Positions 1 through 9,392 of a stretch of DNA of 64,000 bases are shown one piece after another. The position numbers and the translations under genes were made by a program. How positions within the stretch are numbered: the stretch's first letter is position 1; each line of letters opens with the position of its first letter. Under the pieces are notes generated by a model, which searched no databases, was not told where the DNA came from, and was given only the letters and a program-made list of their open reading frames with translations. Source of the DNA: an uncultured delta proteobacterium (lineage in GTDB: Bacteria > Desulfobacterota > Binatia > UBA9968); contig CAWFJP010000029.1 of assembly GCA_963816145.1 (NCBI GenBank), positions 288,001 to 352,000 of the forward strand, written 5' to 3'.

Positions 1-351
1 GTGCTCTCCATCATCGACCGCTATCTGGAGCATGCGCGCATCTTCTATTTCCACAACCACGGCAAGCCGGAATATATGCTGGCGTCGGCGGACTGGATGC
101 AGCGCAATTTCGATCGCCGAGTCGAGATTGCCTTCCCGGTGCTGGATGGGCAGCATCAGGCCAAGCTTAAAGAAATTTTGGATACCCAACTAGCCGATAG
201 TGTGAAAGGCTGGCGCATTCAGTCCGACGGCAGCTCGCTTCGGATGCGCACGGAAGGCGCGGACTCGACGCGCTCGCAAGAACGGCTTTACGAAATCATG
301 GGCACCGAGCGAAATGGTTCGGCGCCTCGCGCGACGCACGACAGCGATTGA
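1..351 (+). CDS. ppk1: Polyphosphate kinase 1, C-terminal part (5' truncated by window edge)
   Basis: SIIDRYLEHARIFYF and ASADWMQRNFDRRVEIAFPV are the conserved PPK1 C-terminal motifs. Confidence 0.93.
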   Translation: MLSIIDRYLEHARIFYFHNHGKPEYMLASADWMQRNFDRRVEIAFPVLDGQHQAKLKEILDTQLADSVKGWRIQSDGSSLRMRTEGADSTRSQERLYEIMGTERNGSAPRATHDSD

Positions 352-402
352 TGTCGTGCCGGTCGTCATCGAATTGCTAAGAGGCGATCGAGCGAGTTAG
401 GG

Positions 403-2283
403 TTATTCGTCTATTCGAAAATGTTGGTCTTGGCAAAACCGCTCCGCCAGGTTCAATGGCCTGAGCAACGCGGCCTTTTTTGTCTGATGGTCTTGCATGC
501 GGCGCAGAACGTTGTCCAACGTCCGAACCGCCTCAACGACATACGGCCCCTTGTTTAGCATTACGCATTCGGCGCGCTCAGCCATCGCAGCGTCGGTGAT
601 TTCCGCGCGCGACGGGTGGCCTTTCTTTGCTAGAGTCTCCAAGACCTGGGTTGCCCAAATGACCGGGACATGAGCCGCTTCGGCGATCCACATGATCTCT
701 TCTTGCAACTCACCAGTTCGTTCGTAGCCGCATTCGACGGCCAGGTCGCCGCGGGCGATCATCACGCCGACCCTTGGATGGCGCATCGCCGTCAAAATTA
801 AGCTCGGCAAACGTTCGAAAGCTTTGCGGGTTTCGATTTTGAGTACGATGCCGAGTTCGTTTCCACGCACCCGATCAAGCTCGGTCAGCAACAACTCGAC
901 GTCGCGTGTGCTGCGGACAAATGAGTAATCGACCAGGTCGGCGTGGCCTGCGATGAACGGTAAATGGGCGATATCTTCTGCGGTCAAAGCCGGAAGGTTT
1001 AGTTCGCTGTCCGGCAGATTGATGCCCTTGTCGGAGCGGAGATTCTCGCCCTTGGCTCTGGCCTGAACTATTTCCACGCGCATTTGATCCGGCTCGACGG
1101 AGCGTATGACGCCGCCAATCTTGCCGTCATCGAACCAGATGGGTTCTCCCGCGCGCGCATCGGCGAAAATTTGCGGCAGGGTGACGCCGATTCTTGCGGG
1201 CTCAAGAATATCGCCATTGACGTTACGGAGCGCCGCTCGACCGGGTGTATCAGCGTTAGTCAGGATCAAGAGATCGCCAGGCTTAAGGACAATTGCCGGT
1301 TGCACGGGTGGCAGGGCGCCGATCCGGGTTAAATCTCTCAGCCGGACAACACTCAAGGCTGTTTCCGAGGTGAGGTAAGATGTTTGACTGGATTCAGCGA
1401 GATAACCGGCGCCAAACGGCTGGGTTACCTCCATCGAGCGCCAAGCATCCCTAGCGTCGTTAAACGTGATTCTGTCGCCGCTACGGAGCCGGGCGAGCCA
1501 ATTGCCGGGCATCGTCAAGCAAGCGTCGGTGTGCGCGCAGGCCGGTTCGGGATGCTCCAGCGGCGTCAACCAAATTCGCGCTGGGGCGGTTACCTTGCCA
1601 TATCGATCCCGCCGAGGTTTCCATTTTACAACGCCCGGCACGGGTTCGATCGGGCCGGTGCGTAGCTTGGGCCCGGGCAGGTCCATAATAACGCGGCAAG
1701 ACCGGTTGTGCTCCGTCCGCGCTCGGCGCAGATGCTCGACCATCGCCGCCCAAGCGTCTTGATGATCGTGGGCGCAGTTGATGCGCATGCAATCCATGCC
1801 GTTGGCGACAAGGTCACTGACCAGCCGGTAATCGGTTGCGGCTTCGCTCGGCATGGTGACCATGATCCGGACGTCACGGTCGGCTGGTTTCGGCCCGAGC
1901 AAGGCTGCCGAATTTTGTTCGAGATTGGATCTACCTAGGGTGCAATCGACCGGACCTGAATCCGTAGAGTGCCTCCCCATCAGATTGGCGGCGACATTCA
2001 TTACCGCGTCGAGGTTGGCTAAGACTCGTGACTCGCATCTTCCGAGAGATGATAAGCCGAATAAAGCGAGTTTTTCCTGCAATGGCCGGATATCGTGCCG
2101 TCTGAGGGCCAAGTAATGAAGCAAGTTTTTTGCGCCATCGCGATGCGCGTCCGCCAAAGACCCAGTATGCTCGCGAAAGCTATTTTCCATCCGCAGCATT
2201 TCATCGCGGAGAGCCGATATTTCCTGGAACGGCTCATCCAAATGACGCCAGGCACGATTATTTTCATTGGATCGCTCGTCCAT
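403..2283 (-). CDS. pyk: Pyruvate kinase, atypical long form (N-terminal extension, enlarged B domain, no C-terminal allosteric domain)
   Basis: RINCAHD, DLPGPKLRTG, DDGKI, KGINLP, KIET, ARGDLAVE, ATQVLE, RAEITDAA motifs; ATG at 2283 with AGGAA RBS preferred over the ORF-track start at 2367. Confidence 0.9.
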   Translation of the reverse strand: MDERSNENNRAWRHLDEPFQEISALRDEMLRMENSFREHTGSLADAHRDGAKNLLHYLALRRHDIRPLQEKLALFGLSSLGRCESRVLANLDAVMNVAANLMGRHSTDSGPVDCTLGRSNLEQNSAALLGPKPADRDVRIMVTMPSEAATDYRLVSDLVANGMDCMRINCAHDHQDAWAAMVEHLRRARTEHNRSCRVIMDLPGPKLRTGPIEPVPGVVKWKPRRDRYGKVTAPARIWLTPLEHPEPACAHTDACLTMPGNWLARLRSGDRITFNDARDAWRSMEVTQPFGAGYLAESSQTSYLTSETALSVVRLRDLTRIGALPPVQPAIVLKPGDLLILTNADTPGRAALRNVNGDILEPARIGVTLPQIFADARAGEPIWFDDGKIGGVIRSVEPDQMRVEIVQARAKGENLRSDKGINLPDSELNLPALTAEDIAHLPFIAGHADLVDYSFVRSTRDVELLLTELDRVRGNELGIVLKIETRKAFERLPSLILTAMRHPRVGVMIARGDLAVECGYERTGELQEEIMWIAEAAHVPVIWATQVLETLAKKGHPSRAEITDAAMAERAECVMLNKGPYVVEAVRTLDNVLRRMQDHQTKKAALLRPLNLAERFCQDQHFRIDE

Positions 2284-2931
2284 AACGGCTTCCTTTCTCT
2301 GGTCATTCGCGAACGCAGATAGTATGCCGTCCGGCCTTCTGTAACCTTGCGTTAAAGAGAATTTCATATTGGCGTATCGTTGCTGCTAGTTTGAGGGTTT
2401 TTCACCGGTTTCAGCCTCGGCGGGTGCAGCGCAGGAGGCGTGCGTTTCCCCGAGGGGGCGTCGGCCATTTAAGGATCTTCCGAGAGATAGGAAATCTGCA
2501 ATCGCTTATTCCCGTCGCTGAGAAAGCTATTCTGTGCGCTGCGGTCAATTGCATTAACGCAACCTCATACCCGTACATTACATTGACATTGGATTTTTAC
2601 CGTCAGTTTGCCAGTACTTCATCCATTCGTAAAACGCTTCGGATAGCTTGGCCGATTTCAAAGAAAAGCATTTTGGCGTTCGAATAATAACAACCGTTCA
2701 AATAGTTCCCTTATTCGGTGCTTTTTACTGGCTTGGTCTGTTTATATCTTGTTCTATGTGGTTCGGATCGTTCGCGTAACGGCGACCGCGAACGATTGCT
2801 GATTTCTGTCTGCGTTCCTTTTTTATTACGTCGATGGTTTTTTTGATTTATCATTGAGCTTTTCCATCAGTTCGTTGTACTCCCTAGAAAATTCAATTTA
2901 TTATGCAATGCGAATGGCTCTTCTACACTAG

Positions 2932-4029
2932 ATGACCGGGGTTGACGTGAGAAATAGGATGAACGTGGGCGGGATAAGATCTCTCTTGATTGTTTTCCTC
3001 TTGGGTTTCGTCATCGCCGGCGCGATGATTGCTCAGGCGGGGCCAGCGCCGGCGATTCGCAGACGATGCGCCTTCGACATTGGTTCCGGGGAGACAAAAC
3101 TCACCGCTGCCGAAGTCATATCCGCCGAGCCACATTACGCGATCACCAAGCTAATAGACAAAAAGGTCCTCCTGCCGTTTGCCAGAAGTCTCAAGGATCA
3201 GGTCATCCCCGATTGGTTAATCGAAGAGGCCATCGCAAAACTTGGTGAGCTCAGAAGCGAATGCGGCGTCCTTGGTGCTCGCGAATATTCCGGTGTCGCC
3301 ACCTCGGGATTCCGAATAGCTCGAAACGCTCACCACGCTTTGGCGAGAATATTTCAAGAAACAAAGATTCCGTTGCGGGTAATCACCGGTGAGCAAGAGG
3401 CAGCCCTCGCGTTTCTGGCAGCCGCGACTGCTCTGCAGTCAAACGGCAAGAACCTGGTGGTCTGGGACATTGGCGGCGGGAGTTTGCAGTTTAGCATGAG
3501 CGCGGATGGTGCTAGCGCGGCTCATCGAGAGTATGTCGTTTCCTCTGGGCATCAAGGGGCCGAATTATTCCGAATGGAGATCGCTAAACGGTTTAACCGT
3601 CGAGCTGCGCAAGCTGTGAACCCTTTGAGCCAGGCGGAAATGATCCAGGCTATAGAATTGGCTAGAGATTGGAGCCGCGCCGTAAATTCCAAAATTATCC
3701 AACAACTTCGCCGCGGCGATATGCGCGTTGTGGGTTTGGGAGGCATTCACACGGAGAGTCTCGTCGCTCAAGCCGGATTGCGGTTCAACGTGCCGTATCG
3801 ACTCTACACTCTTGACGGAGTCCGCGCCGCGGCCCAGCGCGCCGTCAATATGAGCGATCAGGATTTTCGCAAGGCCTATCCCGATAACAATTACCCCGAG
3901 AGTCAGGCCACCAACCTCGCGTTGGTTCTCGGCTACATGGAAGGTCTGCGAATCAAGGAAGTGATTCCCCTGGAAGTCACTCTGGCAGACGGTCTTCTCG
4001 TGGATGAGACTTACTGGCCGCCAAAATAA
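2932..4029 (+). CDS. Ppx/GppA (ASKHA) phosphatase family protein with predicted N-terminal signal peptide
   Basis: AFDIGSG, VATSGFR, ITGEQEA and WDIGGGS motifs; basic then hydrophobic N-terminus ending AQA. Confidence 0.8.
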   Translation: MTGVDVRNRMNVGGIRSLLIVFLLGFVIAGAMIAQAGPAPAIRRRCAFDIGSGETKLTAAEVISAEPHYAITKLIDKKVLLPFARSLKDQVIPDWLIEEAIAKLGELRSECGVLGAREYSGVATSGFRIARNAHHALARIFQETKIPLRVITGEQEAALAFLAAATALQSNGKNLVVWDIGGGSLQFSMSADGASAAHREYVVSSGHQGAELFRMEIAKRFNRRAAQAVNPLSQAEMIQAIELARDWSRAVNSKIIQQLRRGDMRVVGLGGIHTESLVAQAGLRFNVPYRLYTLDGVRAAAQRAVNMSDQDFRKAYPDNNYPESQATNLALVLGYMEGLRIKEVIPLEVTLADGLLVDETYWPPK

Positions 4030-4337
4030 TTTCAGTAGTGCGAGATTTGTTCCTCAATTCAACTGCGTCTCTGGTGCTTGAAGCTCCGCACAATCGCCTT
4101 CTCGGAGCTACGAGTAATTGCGTTTGAATGTCGAGAAAGGGGTTTGAGTCTCGCACGACGAGCTGCGCCTCAGCGCTCGTCGCCGACGGGAAAGCCCGCG
4201 TTGCTCGATGCCGGCAATTAATCATCCATTGCGACCTGAAAAAGCAATCTGACGACGGTTTCGTCCAGAGCTATTAGGGCCGAACGCCCATATAGGACAT
4301 CCAGCGATGTGCCTTCTCTCATCGTAAGTCCGTAGCG

Positions 4338-4360
4338 GGGCTGCTCTGCAGCCCTTTTTT
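4338..4360 (+). terminator. Rho-independent terminator
   Basis: GGGCTGC-TCT-GCAGCCC hairpin followed by TTTTTT. Confidence 0.7.
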
Positions 4361-4532
4361 CATCTCCGTTAGAGCTGTTTCTCGGCGGGAACGTTTTTGC
4401 GTCTGTTTGGCAAATCCGCGCTCAGATCACGATGCAGGTCGCTGTGAACCGGGTGATTGACCTTGGTTAAGATCTTGTTAAATCTCAATTACTGGTGTAT
4501 TTCGCTGTCTTCGGGACGGAGCTATTTTCTTT

Positions 4533-5387
4533 ATGGAATACTTGAACCACTTGCGCCTGAAAAATCCACAAGACCATGATCGACTCGGCGAACGTGAAGC
4601 GGCGATAGCAATGATTCCAGACCGGCTGACGTTTCGCTGGTGGCAACTAATCTGCGCCGTTTCGGCTGGGAATATCGTGTTGTGGAGTCTCGCTGCTTGG
4701 GGGCTGTTGGGGGAGTCCGACGTATATCGATCCAAACAGCTCGTTCTGTCCGGTCTCTTCGTTGCAGCCTGCGCATTTCGATCGCTTCTTCCGAGAGTAG
4801 ATTTGGAGCGGATGTGCCTTTGGGACGGTCCGCTTTCCTCGGTTATTATCGGTAGAACGGTTGCCACGATTGCCGAGCTGTGTTTCGCATGGCAGTGCGC
4901 GCTCTTGCTGTTTAAGCTATCGGTGCTGACCGGCTCTTCGGCTATTGAAGCGCTCGGACTAGCCGTGCTGCCAATCATCGTCGTGGCGGAACTGGCGTGC
5001 TGGTTCGCCGTTGCCACGCTGAATCACATCTGGCATGCAGTCGAAGAACTGTTGTGGTCGGTAATGGTCGGTCTGGTTGCGGTCGGTTTGGTGCTCTATT
5101 GGCGAGACGCGGGTGGGGCCCTGCCGATGTGGGTCCCAATCGGTTTGATCGCTTGTGCCGGAACAGCTGTCCTAATACTGACGGTGGATGTCCCCCTCTA
5201 CATTGCGCGCTGGCGGATCGGTAAACGCGCCGGCATGCGTTATCTCCGCGTTGTCGAGGGCTTGAAAGACGCAGTCGTGCGCCGTCGGGTCACTCAGACA
5301 CGTGATGACTGGCGCAACGAGGTGCTTTGGATGAGTCTCTATTTCAGTGCCGGTGTTTGGGTGAGCCTTGGCATCATTTTCGTTTAA
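4533..5387 (+). CDS. Hypothetical multi-pass membrane protein
   Basis: 284 aa ORF with about 7 hydrophobic segments and coding-like codon usage. Confidence 0.7.
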   Translation: MEYLNHLRLKNPQDHDRLGEREAAIAMIPDRLTFRWWQLICAVSAGNIVLWSLAAWGLLGESDVYRSKQLVLSGLFVAACAFRSLLPRVDLERMCLWDGPLSSVIIGRTVATIAELCFAWQCALLLFKLSVLTGSSAIEALGLAVLPIIVVAELACWFAVATLNHIWHAVEELLWSVMVGLVAVGLVLYWRDAGGALPMWVPIGLIACAGTAVLILTVDVPLYIARWRIGKRAGMRYLRVVEGLKDAVVRRRVTQTRDDWRNEVLWMSLYFSAGVWVSLGIIFV

Positions 5388-5938
5388 TCGCCGGCGTTGG
5401 CGCATGCCGAGCTGATCCCGCCTCAGATAGGGGACTTTCTGCGATCTGCGCTCGGCAATAAGGATGATCTTTGCAGTGCCGCGCAGGAATCGTGCACACC
5501 CGCAGATCCTAGTTTGAGAAACTCAGAGAGTGACAAGCCGATATTGCACCGGGAGCGCAAACGCACGGTCGAGCCCGCGGCGCTACGCGCCGGTGCGCTC
5601 AACGACCTCTTGAAGACGCGTGGAGTTTTTAGTTTGCCTTCGCAACGTGAACTTTATTTGTTTGTAACGACCTTGTAATCGATATCCGCCATAAATTGGA
5701 CCCATGCCAGTCTGAGTAAACGACTTTCCGAACTCCAAGGATTAAAACGAAGAACCTTTTTATGGGCGGCGTTTGCCTCGCCGGCGCGGTGCCGCGAAAC
5801 GCGAAAGCCTCAAGCGACTGGGGGTCAGACGGTTTGCTCGCAGCGGCATGATAAGGCGCATGTTCTGCGGATGCGGTCACCCAGCTTCGGGGTGAGCGCA
5901 TAAATTAGAGAATGATAAAGAAGGAAGGAACGCACAGT

Positions 5939-6025
5939 ATGACACGTTATGTGGAAATTTTTGGCTGGATGATCGTCTGTCTTATTTTTGCGTATACGAT
6001 ATTCTCGATAGTCGCGCGCTGGTAA
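5939..6025 (+). CDS. Candidate small single-TM protein (28 aa, MTRYVEIFGWMIVCLIFAYTIFSIVARW)
   Basis: Purine-rich AAGGAAGGA RBS upstream of ATG; one hydrophobic helix; below the ORF-track length cutoff. Confidence 0.45.
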   Translation: MTRYVEIFGWMIVCLIFAYTIFSIVARW

Positions 6026-6898
6026 ATGAGCCGGTGCAGCGGTTTTCTATGAACCTTTGATGATCGGCAAAAACAGATAAAGCAAATCGCCGAGTAGGGG
6101 GTCTGATCGGCGCATCCATCAGGAGCTGAAGCTAAACCAACGCAACCAAAATATCATCGCAGCGTCACGATGCAGTAATCTCCTCGGTACAGACTACGTT
6201 CAATGATTTGGCGAACGGTGCAAACCTCACCCCCCTCGCCAAGCGGGAAGCCGTCAACCCCCCGGGCGGCTTCCCGCCAACCTCGTTGAGAGTGGGTTTA
6301 GGCGTTGTTACCATAAGACGGAGGATCAGCGATGAGTGCCAATTTCAGACTTGTCGCTTGGTGGCTGGCCTGCTCGGTGACGGCGGTGCTCATCAGTAAC
6401 GGTTTCGCAAGAGTTCGTATGACGTTGAATTGGGATCAACAATCTCAAACCACGACGCCAGTACGTGTTGCTCATGTCCAATCGGAACCGCGTTAGAATT
6501 GCGACTTAAAGGTAAAATCTTCGACATCGTTACGGTTGGCCAGCGTGGTGTTGGCGTATCTAACGTGTCACGTTCTCTGGATAAATTTTGTTAGCCTCGG
6601 CATTCCGCTCCAATATCCCGGAGTTATTGTCGTGCCGACGGCGCAGCCGAACAGCAATGATCCCGGAGCGCCGATGAGCGCGGCCATAAATCGCACTTGG
6701 GTCGCGCCGACTCTGTTGGTGCCTTAAGAAAACCTATGAAACACGACGAAGGTGCGGCTGCGTACCGGCGGCGGTTTTCACACGTCAATACAAGTCTGCC
6801 GCATGACTGCCTTTAGTGAGGAAGTCGCGAATGACGAGCAATCTCACGTTAGCGAGACGTTCACATCAGATCGACCATGAGGACTGAGCTCAACAGGC

Positions 6899-7850
6899 TT
6901 AGACTAGCTCTTGAAATAATTGTTTCCAGGCAGCCAATTCCTCTTTCGGTTTGACTATGTGAGCGAGACTTCGGCACTGGCGTTTTAGCAATCGGTAAAA
7001 TTCTCGATCCGACTCTGCGCGCAAAAGCAGGCGCCGCAGCGTTTTTGTGTCGCCAACGGGAAAGTAACCGGCAAAGCGCTTGCCGAGGGTCCCCATCAAG
7101 CCGGATATTTTTGATGCTATCACGGGCACGCCGGACGCGAGCGCTTCCGACAGGACGTTGGAGCTGCCCTCCATTTTTGAGGTGATGGTGACGAGCTTGC
7201 TTTGGGCGAGCAGGGCGCGGGTCTTGCGGTGGGAAAGTTGACCCAGCCAACGGTAGCGGGGATTGCGTTTCACTTCGGCTTTGACCTCTTTCTCAATCCC
7301 CTTATCAAGGGCCAGCCCGACCTGGGTGACGACGATACGTGATTGCCGCGGCAGATCGCGCACGGCCATCGCCGTACGCAGCGGGTCTTTTTCGTCGCGC
7401 AGATGGCCGATCACGCAAACTTCAAACCGATCTTTATGCCGCTTCGGTATGCCCGGAAGTTGCTCAGCCGACTGATAGATCACCTTAGTTTTGCCGCGAA
7501 AGCGTGTCGGCAGTTCTAATAAAGCGAGTTTTTGTAGGGCGACCAAGCGCGTCGCAAACTCAAGGGATTGTTGAGATTCCTTATTTTGATGGATATCGCG
7601 ATAAACATCGGTGCCGGTGAGCACGACGATCAGCGGTTTGGCCGGATGGGTTTCGTGAAACCGTCTGATTGATTCGGCGCTGCGCAGGGCATGAAGCGCG
7701 ATCAACGACATCGCAAGTTTTGCCGTCATAGATTTGCCGCACGCGCACGCGGTGGCCGAGTTTTTTCAGGATCGCCGCCCAGCGCAGCGCTGTGATCTTG
7801 TTGCCGTTGTTGATCGTCAGCGGCGCGGGAGTGACCAGTTGGATATTCAC
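6899..7850 (-). CDS. senB: Selenosugar synthase SenB-like GT4 glycosyltransferase, with a +1 frameshift near 7707
   Basis: N-terminus VTPA..NNGNKITALRWA (ORF 7581-7850) joins IALHALRS, VLTGTDVYRD, GHLRDEKDP, SKMEGSSNVLSEA (ORF 6899-7729) if one base is removed; lies 8 bp downstream of senA. Confidence 0.85.
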
Positions 7851-7858
7851 GTGTCACG

Positions 7859-9229
7859 TTACTTGGCGCAGGTGCGAAAGCCGGCCCAGACATCACGCCG
7901 ATCGGGGGTGTAGAAGTTGCGCCAGCTGTTGCGGATCAACAACGACGAGGTCGCCCAGCAGCCGCCGCGCAGGACTTTATGAGTGCCGAACCAGGGCTGC
8001 GAGTATTCCTTGTAAGGATCGGCGCTAAAGCCTGGATAGGGCAGGAAATCATCCGCAGTCCATTCCCAGACGTTGCCGATCATCTGGCGGCAGCCGAAGG
8101 CGCTGTCGCCGGCGTTATAAGCTGCGACTTCGACGACACCGTCGCCGCGCCAGCCGAGATTGGCATGTTGTGGTTCGGGGGATTGATCGCCCCAAGGATA
8201 ATGGCGCCGTCGTTGACTTAGTCCGATTCCTGCCGATGTCGGTTCTCCCGATGCGGCTAATTCCCATTCCGCTTCGGTGGGCAGGCGCCGGCCGGCCCAG
8301 TTACAAAACGCTTCGGCCTCAAACCAGCTGATATGCACCACTGGCAGATCTTCGTTCAACAGGACGTAGCGGTCGTAGACGCGCTGCTGCCAGCGCCCAT
8401 TATCGAGCGGCTGCCAGTAGACCGGATGGTCGAGTTTTTCCTTATACGCGGCAATTTCAACGGGCTCACTGACGTTTTTGTTGAAGAACTTGGCGAAGGA
8501 TTTTTCCAGCTGCGGCGAGCCGCCGGATTCGAGCCATCGCCAGCCCTCGGTGCTCCAATACTTCGGTTCGCGATAGCCACCTTCTTCGACGAATTCCAAA
8601 TAATCGCCGTTGGTCACAGGCGCGCGAGCGATGCTGAACGGTTTGACCTCGACCTCATGGGCCCATTTCTCGTTGTCGAATATAAACGGAACATCCTTGG
8701 TTGCGCCGATAAGAAACTTTCCGCCGGGAATTTCGACATCGCCGGGCCAAGCGCGCGGATCGAGAGTGTCACCCAACGCGGATAGCTGGAGAAACCGCGG
8801 TGGCGGGTAGCCCAGAGTCTGGCGCGTGTAGGCGAGCGCTTCGGAGTGCATCCCTTCGTGAAACGTCGCCAACCAATCAAAATAGAACTCGTCGGGCGAT
8901 AGTTCGGATTTGCCGTCGATGCGGGCGATGCAGCGCTCGAGCACTTCGTTCATGTAGGCCAGGGTGTCGGCTCGGTTCGGCAGCAGCAACTCCCAGCGAG
9001 TGTCGTGGGCGACATCTGTGGAGTTATAAAGCCGGTCGCCAGATTCCAGGATCGGCCGCTCGCCGCGCAAGTGGCGCAGTACCCAAAACTCCTGGAACCA
9101 GGCGACATGGCCGATCTCCCACAGCGGCGGATTGACGATCGCCAAGCGCGGGCCGATCAGCTGGCGATCGTCAAGATCGGCGACCAGGCCAAGCAGGCGG
9201 CCGCGGAACTCACGCATGGCGGCGATCAA
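7859..9229 (-). CDS. senA: Selenoneine synthase SenA-like sulfoxide/selenoxide synthase (DinB + FGE-sulfatase domains)
   Basis: NPPLWEIGHVAWFQEFW (SenA-type rather than EgtB-type SPxKWH), FHEGMH iron ligands, FDNEKWAH, RLPTEAEWE, RNFYTPDRRD..AGFRTC; the true start may be upstream (MSVKQLIAAM) behind a 1-bp insertion near 9233. Confidence 0.88.
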   Translation of the reverse strand: MIAAMREFRGRLLGLVADLDDRQLIGPRLAIVNPPLWEIGHVAWFQEFWVLRHLRGERPILESGDRLYNSTDVAHDTRWELLLPNRADTLAYMNEVLERCIARIDGKSELSPDEFYFDWLATFHEGMHSEALAYTRQTLGYPPPRFLQLSALGDTLDPRAWPGDVEIPGGKFLIGATKDVPFIFDNEKWAHEVEVKPFSIARAPVTNGDYLEFVEEGGYREPKYWSTEGWRWLESGGSPQLEKSFAKFFNKNVSEPVEIAAYKEKLDHPVYWQPLDNGRWQQRVYDRYVLLNEDLPVVHISWFEAEAFCNWAGRRLPTEAEWELAASGEPTSAGIGLSQRRRHYPWGDQSPEPQHANLGWRGDGVVEVAAYNAGDSAFGCRQMIGNVWEWTADDFLPYPGFSADPYKEYSQPWFGTHKVLRGGCWATSSLLIRNSWRNFYTPDRRDVWAGFRTCAK

Positions 9230-9392
9230 TTGGCTTCACGCTCATGGTGGCGCGAGGGCCGGCGCTCGGCTGGAGACGACGTTGATGCGAGATTCTCCAT
9301 GCTGATGCTCAATAGCCAGCTGTGATTCGAACGAGTGAGAAATCTTATTCTTCTTGATGTCTAACTGCAATCTCGCTGCGCATCACAAATCT

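Noticed and set aside
5770-5860. GCGAAAC-GCGAAAGCC region as a c-di-GMP-I riboswitch
   Set aside because: It lacks the GGCAAAC..GAAA..GACGCAAAG P1/P2 arrangement; the resemblance is superficial.
7859-9229. Calling this gene canonical egtB or ovoA
   Set aside because: It has the NPPLWE.GH..WFQE signature and senB adjacency, and no C-terminal methyltransferase domain.
9225-9300. TGA upstream of senA as a selenocysteine codon
   Set aside because: A single-base indel explains the frame better, no SECIS-like hairpin was evident, and the position is not a Cys-equivalent site.
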